DNA from: Schizochytrium sp. TIO01 | Taxonomy: Eukaryota > Protista > Bigyra: Labyrinthulomycetes | DNA: 64,000 nucleotides | Assembly: GCA_004764695.1 (NCBI GenBank) | Contig: SMSO01000033.1 | Span: 434,001 to 498,000 of the forward strand | Direction: 5' to 3' | Part shown: piece after piece, positions 1-11,555 of the stretch | How positions within the stretch are numbered: position 1 is the first letter of the stretch | How the letters are laid out: each line of letters opens with the position of its first letter | The notes under the pieces: generated by a model | The model's input: only the letters and a program-made list of their open reading frames with translations | Databases searched by the model: none | What the model was told of the DNA's origin: nothing | Program-made: the position numbers and the translations under genes

Positions 1-89
1 TTGTAGATTCGTCTCGAATTGCTGATTCTTAGACATTTCACGAGCATTCCTTTTATTTGTGTTTGAGTTATCAAATTTTGCAAGATAAT

Positions 90-2852
90 ATGCAAGGTGG
101 ATCCGATGCGAGTAAGGGAGATGGATTTGCGCCGCTGAAGTTCAAGTCCAAGCGGAAGACTAAGTCCAAGAACTACAATCAGGTCTTGGGCGGTCTTGCT
201 GCGGCCAGCAAGACCCCGTCCTCCACGACCCCCCCACCTTCCCAAGCCCCGGCCCCCGCTGCAGAGGCTGCCCCCAAGCCCGTTGCAAACAAGATTTTCT
301 CTCAGCAGCCCAGCACTCTTCACTCTAGCCAGACTTCATCTTTGCTCCAGTCTCAGCAGCAGCAGCCTGAAAAGCAGCAGCAGCCCGAGCCAGTGCAGCA
401 GCAGCAGCCTGAACCTGCGCAGGTGCAGCAGCCTGAACCTGCTCAGGTGCAGCAGCAGCAGCAACAACAGATTCATCACCAGCAGCAGCAAATGCACCAC
501 CAGCAGCAGATGGCACAACCTTACTACGGTCATCAGAACATGAGCCACATGCAGTACCCTGGCCAGTACATGGCTCAAGGCATGATGCAGCCGCAGGCCA
601 TGGGTATGATGCCAGACATGAGCATGCTCGCAGCGCAGCAGGCCCAGATCGCACAGATGCAAATGCAGCTTCAGATGCACCAGCAGCCAATGCAGATGTC
701 CGCTCCCGACATGTACCAGCAACAGCAGGCCCAAATCGAGGCTCTCCAAGCTCAGATTGAAGCCCTCAAGATGCAGCAGCAGCAGCCGCAACAGCCTCAA
801 CAACCCCAACAACAGCCTCAACAGCAGGAACCCGTTGCATCGCAGAGAAAGCCTCAACAGCAAAATCAGCAACGCGAGCCTAGACAACCACGTGAACCTC
901 GCGAGCCCCGCGAGCCTCGCGAACCGAAGGCATTCAAGCCCCGGAAAGGAGGTCCCCAGCTGCCGCCTCCGTCGAACGGCAACACTGACGACAACAACGG
1001 CGATATTCCTGCTCCCGTGCAGCCTCATGCCCCCGGTGGGAGCAGTGCATGGGCAAAGCCCAAGACATGGGTAGCAGAACGCTCGAACGAAGATGACGAA
1101 GACGAGGATCTTGAGGACCTCCCGTACGGTGACCCTGATTCTACAGCGGACAATTTCGTGACCAAGTCCGACAAGCAGGGTTGGATGTACCGCAACAAGG
1201 ACAAGAAGGAGGCCCGCGAACAGATGGAGCGCGAGCTCTTCGGAGAGGAGCGCCACATGAGCGCTGGTCTCGATTTCGACAAGTACGATGATATCCCCGT
1301 GGAATCCTCAGGTCATGGCATTCCAGACCCGCTCGACACCTTCCTCGACGCCAACTTCTGCAAACCTTTGCTGGACAACATCCAGCGAGCAAAGTACACG
1401 CGCCCTACTCCCATCCAGAAGCACGCAATCCCAATGGCTATGAGTGGTCGCGATGTCATGGCATGTGCCCAAACAGGATCCGGAAAAACTGCTGCATTTC
1501 TGTTTCCCATTATCCATGGAATTATCTCTGAAAATCTTGGCTCGGGAGGCGGAAACAACGGTGGCCGTGGAGGCCGTGGAGGCCGTGGAGGTGCCAATAA
1601 CTCAGGCGGAAACGGAGCTTTCGGAGGTGGAAGATCGTATGGAAGAAGGCAAGCAATGCCGGCAGCCCTTGTTTTGGCACCCACCAGAGAACTTGCATCT
1701 CAAATTCATGATGAGGCAATGAGGTTCACGTACCAAACATCAGTGAGGTGCATCGTGGCTTACGGAGGAGCTGATATTCGCATGCAGATGGATGAACTTG
1801 CCAGAGGATGTGGAGTGATTGTAGCGACACCTGGACGTCTTGTGGATTTGATCGAACGCGGAAGGGTATCGCTGAGAAGTATTAAGTACCTTGTGCTTGA
1901 TGAGGCTGACCGCATGCTTGACATGGGTTTTGAGCCGCAGATTCGTAAGATCGTGCAGGCATACGACATGCCGCAGGATGATGCGAGCAAGGGTGGAAGG
2001 CAAACGGCCATGTTTTCGGCAACGTTTCCTCGGGATATTCAGCAGCTCGCAGGAGACTTCATGGCTGACTATATCTTCGTGACGGTAGGACGTGTGGGAG
2101 CGACAAACTCGAGCATCGCGCAGAGCTTCGTGTGGGTGGAGGACGCTCGCAAGAAGATCAAGCTTGTGGAGAAACTTCGAGAGGCCAAGGGACTGACGCT
2201 TGTGTTTGTGGAGACCAAGCGCAACGCAGACATGCTTCACATGGACCTGTACCGCAAGGAAGGCATCCCATGCACGTCGATCCACGGAGACAGGTCCCAG
2301 CGTGAGCGAGAGCAGGCACTCTGGGAGTTTACTACCGGGCGTGTGAACGTACTCATTGCCACAGAGGTTGCCGCCAGAGGACTCGATATCCCGAACGTCA
2401 TGCTCGTAATCAACTACGATATGCCCTCTGAAATCGACTCTTACGTGCACCGTATCGGACGTACAGGACGTGCAGGTAACAAGGGTGAGGCAGTCAGCTT
2501 TATCAACGAGAAGAATCTTCACATTGCAGCTGATCTCGTCAGGCAGCTTGAAGAAACCCAACAGGAGGTGCCCAGCTGGCTCAAGGGTCTTGCAAGCCAA
2601 GCAGAGCTTGGAGGTCGCGGAGGCGGAGGCAAGGGCAGAGGCAACAACTTTGGAGGCCGTGACTACCGTAACATTGGAAACTCGAACAGCAGTGGAGGCC
2701 GTGGTGGCAGCCGTGGTGGACGCGGCGGCGGCGGCGGCGGCGGCAATGGAGGCGGTAACGGAGGTGGCGGACGCAGCGGAAGAGGCGGGCGCCGTGGTGG
2801 ACGTGGCGGAGGCAATGCAGGCCAAAGCCAAGGACCCTCTGACTCGTGGTAA
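90..2852 (+). CDS. DED1: DEAD-box RNA helicase, DED1/DDX3 subfamily, with long Q/M/P-rich N-terminus and RGG-rich C-terminus
   Basis: Q motif (YTRPTPIQ), AQTGSGKT, APTRELA, TPGRL, DEAD, SAT, ARGLD and HRIGRTGR are all present, plus the DDX3-type 'GLDFDKYDDIPVE' and 'QQEVPSWL'. First ATG is at 90 (the ORF track starts at TTG 57). Confidence 0.92.
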   Translation: MQGGSDASKGDGFAPLKFKSKRKTKSKNYNQVLGGLAAASKTPSSTTPPPSQAPAPAAEAAPKPVANKIFSQQPSTLHSSQTSSLLQSQQQQPEKQQQPEPVQQQQPEPAQVQQPEPAQVQQQQQQQIHHQQQQMHHQQQMAQPYYGHQNMSHMQYPGQYMAQGMMQPQAMGMMPDMSMLAAQQAQIAQMQMQLQMHQQPMQMSAPDMYQQQQAQIEALQAQIEALKMQQQQPQQPQQPQQQPQQQEPVASQRKPQQQNQQREPRQPREPREPREPREPKAFKPRKGGPQLPPPSNGNTDDNNGDIPAPVQPHAPGGSSAWAKPKTWVAERSNEDDEDEDLEDLPYGDPDSTADNFVTKSDKQGWMYRNKDKKEAREQMERELFGEERHMSAGLDFDKYDDIPVESSGHGIPDPLDTFLDANFCKPLLDNIQRAKYTRPTPIQKHAIPMAMSGRDVMACAQTGSGKTAAFLFPIIHGIISENLGSGGGNNGGRGGRGGRGGANNSGGNGAFGGGRSYGRRQAMPAALVLAPTRELASQIHDEAMRFTYQTSVRCIVAYGGADIRMQMDELARGCGVIVATPGRLVDLIERGRVSLRSIKYLVLDEADRMLDMGFEPQIRKIVQAYDMPQDDASKGGRQTAMFSATFPRDIQQLAGDFMADYIFVTVGRVGATNSSIAQSFVWVEDARKKIKLVEKLREAKGLTLVFVETKRNADMLHMDLYRKEGIPCTSIHGDRSQREREQALWEFTTGRVNVLIATEVAARGLDIPNVMLVINYDMPSEIDSYVHRIGRTGRAGNKGEAVSFINEKNLHIAADLVRQLEETQQEVPSWLKGLASQAELGGRGGGGKGRGNNFGGRDYRNIGNSNSSGGRGGSRGGRGGGGGGGNGGGNGGGGRSGRGGRRGGRGGGNAGQSQGPSDSW

Positions 2853-3761
2853 ATGTACTGTGATACTATGGTGTTGCTTTAATGCTTCTGATGGTGAAAG
2901 ACGAGCCCCCTATGCGTCCGTTCGCGCAAAGGTGCCCGTGGCTTGCTAGGTTTAATGCCCGTTGCTTATGTCCCTTTTCTCATACACAATTAACACCCGA
3001 TTACACCTACCTACTCACTTGCTTACTCCTCTTAATTCTCCCCCCTTCTTATTACGCGACATTGATTAGATTTCAAACTTCTAGCCCCGTATCCGACTCC
3101 CTCATTCCTTTCCCGACTATATCAACTATATAGAGAAAACGCGCGAATACGTCATATACAAACACGCAACGCGAATACATAAAATTAGGAAAAGTAAAAA
3201 AACTTCTTCGTCATATATCAACCTACTCCCCGTATATTAATTGGATAGATGTTTGTCACAGTTTTGGAAAACAAGCTGGATCGTTATCTCAACTACAAAC
3301 CAAAAAGGACTCCTAACTGAACAGTTTCCTTTCCCGTGACGCGACCATCAGCTCCTGAAGCTAATAAACATGGGTGCCCAGGTTTCATATTTGTTCTGTA
3401 ACTAGTCTCCATCTTCAGGTCTTGAACCTTGAATTAACCTAAAATGCTAATGCTTATGTTGGAACGGGCCAACTCAAGTACACCTATGAGATTGCATCAA
3501 CTTTTATAGATTAATCATTAATCTGAAATACTGTATTCCGAATTTTGTTGCGAATCTATAACTCTGGGCAAAAAATTGGACAAGAAGAGGGAAGGGGAAC
3601 ATGCAAAGTCCATTGGTATAAGTGTTTTATTAAGAAAAAAAAAAGTCTATGATAAACGTGGTGCAATACTGAGGTTAGATACAAACCCTCCTCACCCTCT
3701 AACAAAGAGGAGTGCGATGTGATAGAGGGCTTGTACTGCTTTTTAGGCATGACAAAATTTT

Positions 3762-6098
3762 CTACAAAATTGAAAGTCTAGTGACCCGATGTCCCACCAA
3801 CTCAGCCACATAAATGGATGGACGAACTGCATTCAAACCAACATCAATATCATGAGGCCAGTTCAGTTTGCGTCCATTCGTCACAGAAGTCACTTGGTCT
3901 ATGATTTCGTTAGTTTGGGGCTGGCGAATGATAACTGAGTCGGACTCAAGGGTGAACACAACATCTAAGCGCTGTGAGTAGGCAACAGCAGAAACATGTC
4001 CAAGATAAGCCTCCTTTTCAGTCGCGCCAGGGCTACAGAGGCCTGTGGAGTTCCATACCTTTACAAACTCGCCAGTGCGCGTGAAAACCTGCACACGGCA
4101 ATTATCACGGTCTGCAACATAGACCCAGTCCCGAGAAGGGTCAAAAGCAACGCTGTGCACAATTCGAAACTCCCCAATGCCAGAGCCAGTGCCATTTCCC
4201 AGTTCTCGGATGAATTCGCCAGTATCATAATCAAAAACGGCGACCCGTGAGTGGCCATAACCATCTGCCACATAGACCTCTTTACGGTCCTCATCTACAG
4301 CAACATCAGTGGGCGCAGCAAACAAAGAGGAATTTGAGTTGGCCTCTCCAGGCGTGCCAAGAACCATTAAAACCTCTCCGGTACGGGCATCAAGCTTGAA
4401 CACCTGATCTAGTGATGTATCTGTTACCCAAATACTGCCTAGTCCATCACAAGCAATTCCGTGAGGGGTTATAAATAGATTGGCACCAAAATAGCGAGAT
4501 ATGTGCCCGGTTGTACGCTGAAGGACAAAAATTGTATCAGACACAATTGGTGTAGTAGACTCAAAGGAGTTTGTTCGCCTTGCAAGCAAGTATACTGTTC
4601 GTCCGTCTGGCGAGACTGCAGTTCCAGAAACTTCGCCTAATGATTCCACGTCTGGAAGGTCTTCCGTGAGAGATTCAAAGGGATCTTCATTATAACGAGA
4701 AGGAACAAAGTTCTCGAAATCGCCCTTGTAAGAACAAATACCGGGCCCTTTGTTCTTGTTTGGGAAATGGGGATAGTACATGAGGTACTGGTTACACATT
4801 TCCTGATGCTTAGTTAGCGACGGGCCGGGTTTGGTAATCCATGTTGCTTCACTTGTGTCGTAATGGCAATGAAGCTTAAGGATATCTCCTTTGCGTAAGG
4901 CCAGCCCATAATCTGGTAATCGGTGGAAGATTTGAGGATCTTGGACTGTACGGTTAATCACAGTACCAGCATAAATACTATCGCGAAATAGCTCCGTCAC
5001 CCACATCCGGCCTTGTTGGTGACCGTGGTTCCTATATGCATAAACAATTCCATCTTGCTGTACTTCACAATGTGCAGTCACGTCAATGTCCTTTTGACGG
5101 GGCATGAGCTCAAAGTTAGAGTTATGCATCAATGAGACTGCTAGTCCCTGCTCTTTAGGGCAAGATGTTTGGTCAATTTCGCACGAACTCCACGCACTCA
5201 CAGTCTTCGCAGTGACGTCCTTAACCCGCATGCGAATTCCAGCTTTAATCGCCTCGTGGCTGTTTAGAATATCCTCTGGCACCTCGAAATGCACGTTAAG
5301 GTATATGTATGGTGCATCAGTTCCAGGCCCGATGTAAAAACCCGATCCAGGTGTGACTTTAAATTGTCCCAAAGAGTTATCCCCTGCATGAGCCCATGCA
5401 AAGATAACCATAGCGTCGGGGTTCTGCTTATGCCCTACAATAGACCAGAATGGTCCTTGGATTGGTTCGTCTGCGACTGCTACCATGGACTTGTAAATCA
5501 GCATATGGTGCACGTATCGCTCATCTACAAGAGGCGTAAACGCCTCAATAAGTCCAGGGCGGTCGATTTTAAATGGACCAAAAACAACCTCATTTGTGCC
5601 AACTCGAGCATTCTTCAACGGGCTAGACATGATTTCCTTGTAGTACCTTCGCACATCATCGTCAAAGTCATCTTCCTCCAGCTTGGGCACCGGCTGCAAC
5701 TCTGTGCCATCTCCAAAGCTGGGTTTTAAAACCAGAACTAGCAAGGCCACTACTACTGTGAACACGATGGGTCCGCATTTTCGGAAGAGGCTATTCCTCG
5801 GCGCAGTCGGGTTCGCGAGGTCATCCTCGTCGTGCTCTCTAAATTTGTCTTCGACGTCAAAGCTAATGTCGCTGTTTACACTCTGCAGATCCTCGCGGTC
5901 GGTCACAACCACAGATTTGTATCCACCATTCCTTTGCTCCACGGGCTCCGATGTGCCACCGAGTTCGCGCAGCTCAAGAGAGAGATCGTCATCCACGCCG
6001 CTGTCCTCCCATCCGTCCTTAAGGCCGCCAGTCTCGTCGTAGGAGGCGCCACGCACAAGGTGCGAGGGGGCACTCCAGGTGTCCTGGTTGCCCGTCAT
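3762..6098 (-). CDS. PAM: Bifunctional peptidylglycine alpha-amidating monooxygenase (PHM + PAL/NHL repeats) with an N-terminal transmembrane anchor
   Basis: PHM copper ligands: YVHHML, NVHF, YRNHGH, EMCNQYLMYY. PAL motifs: PHGI, ADGYG, IVHSV, ADRDN, WPHDI. One hydrophobic segment, IVFTVVVALLVLVL, near aa 110-125. First in-frame ATG is at 6098. Confidence 0.9.
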   Translation of the reverse strand: MTGNQDTWSAPSHLVRGASYDETGGLKDGWEDSGVDDDLSLELRELGGTSEPVEQRNGGYKSVVVTDREDLQSVNSDISFDVEDKFREHDEDDLANPTAPRNSLFRKCGPIVFTVVVALLVLVLKPSFGDGTELQPVPKLEEDDFDDDVRRYYKEIMSSPLKNARVGTNEVVFGPFKIDRPGLIEAFTPLVDERYVHHMLIYKSMVAVADEPIQGPFWSIVGHKQNPDAMVIFAWAHAGDNSLGQFKVTPGSGFYIGPGTDAPYIYLNVHFEVPEDILNSHEAIKAGIRMRVKDVTAKTVSAWSSCEIDQTSCPKEQGLAVSLMHNSNFELMPRQKDIDVTAHCEVQQDGIVYAYRNHGHQQGRMWVTELFRDSIYAGTVINRTVQDPQIFHRLPDYGLALRKGDILKLHCHYDTSEATWITKPGPSLTKHQEMCNQYLMYYPHFPNKNKGPGICSYKGDFENFVPSRYNEDPFESLTEDLPDVESLGEVSGTAVSPDGRTVYLLARRTNSFESTTPIVSDTIFVLQRTTGHISRYFGANLFITPHGIACDGLGSIWVTDTSLDQVFKLDARTGEVLMVLGTPGEANSNSSLFAAPTDVAVDEDRKEVYVADGYGHSRVAVFDYDTGEFIRELGNGTGSGIGEFRIVHSVAFDPSRDWVYVADRDNCRVQVFTRTGEFVKVWNSTGLCSPGATEKEAYLGHVSAVAYSQRLDVVFTLESDSVIIRQPQTNEIIDQVTSVTNGRKLNWPHDIDVGLNAVRPSIYVAELVGHRVTRLSIL

Positions 6099-6941
6099 CG
6101 CATGCACAGTGTTGCCGAGCGGTCGGCATCAACGTTGCGTTCGGAGTTTGGGCCTTTGGTGAAATGAACGAAATGAAATGGTAAATCACATCGTTTGATT
6201 TTGTAAAGGAAGAAGTTCTTCACTCAATAAATACTCTATAAACCTCCCACACTATAGACTAAAGTGTAGTCTATAGTTGTTTCTGTCTGTCTATAATCTA
6301 TTTTACCGAAGTAGTAGTTTTAGTTAGTACCTTACAGGTCGAGGGAAAGACCACTAGCAAAATCACTAGGTGCCCTCCTAGGTAGTGGTAAGCAGTAGTA
6401 GTCGGTCTTCGGTCAATGAAGCGAGTTTGGAATAAAGTGGAGCGGTAGGAGTCGCTAAAACTTTGGGTAGGATCTACAATCAACAATCTAGGTGCAATCT
6501 GGATCAAGATCTACTGGCCAAAATTAGTGCAAGAAGCGCCTGGTGTAAAACAAAGATATCCTTGCAGGGCTGAGTGAAGGTTCACTTAAAATAGACTTTT
6601 GATCGTTTTCTGTCAAGTAACAAGAAGTGAGTTCACTGAGTTCGTACAAGAATGAAGGGAGTTTTGATTGGGCGTTTGATGGTAAGAATTATACCCCAGG
6701 CACTTTGACCAGAGGTGGCGTTAATTCTGGTAGTACCTGTGGGCAAGAGCAGAGTATACAGTGTATTGCAGAACAAATGCAAATGATCTTCTTAACAGCT
6801 ATACAATACAATATGAAGCAGATCGTGCAGAAAGAGCCAATTCTCTTTCTTTATAGTATTACATTTGCCTCATGACGGATCTACAGTTTATTGGTCTCGT
6901 CCAAGTTATTATAATTATCTCCTCATTATCAAGTCGCCTAC

Positions 6942-9900
6942 TTATTCTTCCTTAATACGTTCTTCCAGAGACGCCGTGTACAAACGTGAGATGGCCTCAG
7001 CTCCTTGAAGGTTATACGATGCACGCTTCTGAAATCTCGTCATTCTTCGCACTCTCGCCTGTGCGGCAGCGGGTATATTCAAAATAATCCTTCGTTTGCG
7101 CCTGGGTTCATTTAGGCTAGTAGGTTGAACTGCTGATTCTCTTGGGCCTACAAGCTCCTCCTCAGAAGATAATATTGAATTCTCTACTACTGGGCTCGTG
7201 TCCTGCCCGACTGAGTTTTTCCGCTCGCCACTCCTATATTTACTAGAAGACGTAGATTGTGATGATCGGCGTCTACTACTGAAGGGTGCAGCGAAGCTTT
7301 TTCGAAGCGTGGCTCCTGAGAGTCTGATTGCTGGGAGAACTTGGGTGCTTCTGGGTTTAAGAATGTCTTCTCCTTCGCCATATCTATACATAATGTTTTC
7401 AGCGATCTGTTTAGCCAACTTACTCACTGAAGCAGTATCGTTTTGCAGAATAGCATTCAGGGGGCTGTGTGTTTTATGACCCATAAGGTTGGCTGCCTCT
7501 GCAGAGTTTGCGATATCTCGCTTGTCACGAACACGCGCAAGTTCAGATTCAAGGATTGTAGTCAGCTGTTCCCGATTTGCTGTAAAACCTTCGATACTGT
7601 ATGTTCGCCGTCCAATTTTTCCTTCTTCCTCGAGAATCTTGCTTTCTACGACCCAATCAGCAGTTAAATCGATAATTCTTTCGTCAGAGAGGTGCCTCTT
7701 ATCATCAAAACGAAACCATGGCAGCGATCGAAATCCCGTAAAAATCATTTGTGCTACCTCGGCGGGAAGGCTCTGACTATATTCAGCTGACTGTTTGACT
7801 TCGACGTAAGCATCCACCAGTATTGCCAAGAGCACGTTCATCAAAATAAAGTAGGCTAGGAAAATGAACGAATAGAAGAATAACAACGCCGCTATATAAC
7901 TTGAGCTTCCAAAGAGATGAGTTTCGACACTTAAGTCTCCCATAAGGATGGAAAAACAGGAATTAAACGAATCAGACAGCGTCGCAAATTCCGAGATGCT
8001 TGATCCAAATATTATAAATGCTAGGCAAGCGTAAAGAGAAAGTATAATCATAAACAAGACAAGCTGTATAATTTTGAAGACGACAGAATCCAAAACACAG
8101 TGCATTAGTCAGTCAACACGACTTTGACGATTTGAACCTTTACTAGGTCAAAATATTAATACGTTTTTGATCCATAGATGGGGCTTCGTCATTTTCTGTA
8201 AAATAATGATCCTAAAACTTACGAAGTGAGCCAAATCTGATGCTGAATTTGCGATTGTTTTGGTAACAAGCCCCATGCGTCTTTGAAAGTCCAGGACTTT
8301 GAGTACGCGCAGTACGACTAACACAAGCGCAACACCATTAAGCGAAAGATAAGTACGAATAAGAGTCGACAGATGGTCTGTGATAATAATCATGTCGAAC
8401 ATATCGTTCAATCCTGTTGTATTCACCTTTAGATAATTGCCTTTTGCATCGAGATCAAGGTAAACATTATACCGCTCTTGCGGGTCATATGTCACTGCCC
8501 AAGCAGTGTAGAATCTAATCCAAATCAATGCGTTGACGAAGAAAAGGAGAATGTTAAATAAGTCGATATAATTCCAACCTGAGCGAAAGTATGTCAGAGG
8601 TCGACCTGTTCTTGCAAAGTCTCGCAAAAGGTCCCGCAATTCAGAAATCACATTAAACACTGTTAAAATCAAGAATAGAACTTCAAGCTTCAGTCGGTGG
8701 AGATCTGAATCTGAATTATATGACTCCACACGAAAAGTCTCCACGTTGTTGCTTAGGTCAATTCGCCCTCCTTCTTCAAAGCTGAATTCAATTTTTATGT
8801 TTGCAAACATTCGAATGTCCGGGTTGTATGTAATCATTCGAATCTCCAGCAATTCCGAATCTGAGTCCAAGAAAAAACCTTCCTTCATATATGCCAGATA
8901 CTCTTGTGCTCGGTCGTAACCTAGGTTGGTGTCAAAATACACTGGGAAACCCTCAATACTATCAACCTCAGTTTCTGACCGATACCAGTGGAATCCATAT
9001 GGTACTCCAAGCTCGTTGATTTGAGTAGCATCACTGACATTATAATAGCTACTCTTAGCTTTATATATCGTATTATCAGTGTTTAAAGAACTGTTCCGTA
9101 AAAATACAGGATCTGCACCGAAGGGTGCGCGAGAACTAGCCCCCGTCAGACATTCATTGCCAAATTTTGCGAATCGGGTAGAGCTACACTCACCGCGCTC
9201 GTACCTCTGCTGTAGAACCAGAACCCCGCCGATCAGACGATTATAGGTTGCAACATAGCGACTTAATGGAACTAACGGGTCAGGTGTAAGCCGTTCAATA
9301 GTGCTTTCAGTTGAGTGTTCCCAAATTTCAAAGGAAACTGTATAGGATGTTGTGAAGACTGTCTCGCAGCAGTCTCCGAGGTCAAGTCCACAATCTTCAG
9401 TATTACACGCTGAATCGCAAATACCATCACCTAGCATGTTACAGTAACATAAATCGGAGCATATGTAGTTTAGCCAAATTGCAGTATCCGAACAGTCGCC
9501 GTCATCGTACCCACAATCACCAATATTGCACTCGCTATCGCATATGCCATTGTACATCAGCGTTTCAGTACAGGTTCCACCAGATGCACTATCGCACTCT
9601 TCTGAAATTTCTGTTGTTCCAGTAGTATCGAGGCATTCCCAGGCTTCATAATCAAACTCGCATTTGGATTTCTGGGCACACTTGGTAGGATTGTCATTGC
9701 ACGCTGTGCACGACCCTGTGGAAGCGGTTGTGCAAGTTTCTGTCGTCGTTGTTTCAAGGGAACGTCGAGATCTTCTTCCACTAACTGAACAAGATCCCTT
9801 CCATGCACATGTCGATTGAGCATTACAAGTTCCAGCAGTACTGCAGGATGTGCAATCTAGTCCACAAGGATAATCGCTTGCATCGCCGCATGCAGATCCT

Positions 9901-11555
9901 GTCCATAGGCACTCACCTTGAGAAGCGCAAGCTGTAGAATTCGCACACTGTTGACAATCTGAATCACAACTACCTGTTGTGTATGCATCTGTTTCTGAAG
10001 ATTCGCAGCTGCCGGAATTCCAAGCGCAATTTGACTCTGCTAAGCACTCAGAACGGCTCTGACACACAGTGCAGTCTGTACTACATGTTGTCTCTTCGCT
10101 TGTTGCCTTGTAACATGGCTGCGATGCAGTTGCATCCCAAGTACATGCCCCGTTCGTATCTCCAACACATACTGTTCTAGAATTTTGACATGCGGAGGCT
10201 GCGCAATCATCAGCGAGGCATTTAACTTCACAGGAGGATGAACTAGAGCGCCAAGTACATACAGTGGTGGTACTACATTCTTGCGAATCTGAGCAATATT
10301 GACACAGGCTTATGTCATCTCCGCATGTAGCCTCTTGACATTCGTTTGAGTCGGAATCATAAATACATTCTGACAGGTCTATGCACCTAGATTTGGAGCA
10401 TGCTGCACAATTGCTACTGCTGCATACTTCTGTTGTCACATTCGTTGCTGCTTCACATTGCATACTAACCTCCTCAGCCTTGGCAACCTGGCTTGTACTG
10501 GATTGTGATTTACACTTTGCCCATTCTGCGATCACATTGCGAGTTGTTACAACCTCTGATTCGTAGATGTAATATGTGCTGGTAGAGCTTGTGCTTTCAC
10601 TACCAGTGGTTGAGTTAATAGTAGTTAAATTACCAGTGGTTGAATTTGTCATATTGTACAAATTTACAGTGGTAACAATAGACGTGGACTCTGTATATAT
10701 TTGGCCTATAATGCCGCCCTGTTGAGCTGAAAGCTGAACCTCCCAGACTCCATCAAGAAGACTCACTTCATTCACCTGTGACTCGTTGAGGCTTGTAAAA
10801 ACTTGGTCTTCTTCAAAGTAGCATACATCGTGCGTTGTTGAACAAAGGTTCCAGGAAGCATCAGCCAGCTCATCTTCGCTGTCAAAGCTTGCTGTAATAT
10901 TAACGACTACAGTCGTCTGCAATGATGTAGAGTACGTCCCACAATCATCATTGCAACCATAATGTCGCCATTGCTTGTACTCATTAGGAGTGTCACATAT
11001 GCCGTCACCACATGTAGGATCAACGAAGATTGTGTTTAGTATTGCTTCTTCAAACCAGGAGTAAACACTCTCAATAGACTTCACGCTTGAAACGATGTCT
11101 CCAGAGGAGTACTCTACAGTGCTTGTTGATTCATCAAACAGTGATTCTTCAATTGCTTTTTCAATCATAAAAGCTTGCGTTGGTGTTCTCTGCATGCCAA
11201 GAATGGCTACACATAATAAAGCATATCCTAAAAAGGCTGCAAGATTGCAATAATTTGCCCGGTTCTCTTTTGTCCTGAGGAGCTCTTCATGAATATTTTC
11301 AACAACTAATTTTCCTGGCAAAACCTCGACATCCCCACGCCTACTCTTCTTATACAAACTGTCATTTTGAGGAAGTCCCTGGTCCTGATCAACGAAGGAT
11401 GCAAATTTGCTGCCCCGGGTGCTCACAGAGCTGAAGTGACTATCTCGTGAAGGGCCAGGGCTCGAAGATAAAGATGGAATCCTGTTCTGAGGCACGCCTT
11501 CTCCAATAGCATTCAATGCTATCTTGACTGCCGCTCCCGCCCGAGGGCGAGGCAT
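6942..11555 (-). CDS. Polycystin-2 (PKD2/TRPP)-like cation channel with large Cys-rich/LNR extracellular loop; 2 exons (11555-8223, 8063-6942)
   Basis: Polycystin channel segments: YFRSGWNYID, LRVLKVLDFQRRMGLVTKTI, FATLSDSFNSCFSILMGD, LMNVLLAILVDAY. Phase-0 intron 8222-8064 (GTAAGT...CTGACTAAT...ACAG) joins 'SDLAHF' to 'LVLFMIIL' in frame. Confidence 0.88.

Noticed and set aside
336-2831. Long antisense ORFs (306 aa and 363 aa) opposite the helicase
   Set aside because: Shadow ORFs caused by biased codon usage and CAG repeats of the real + strand gene.
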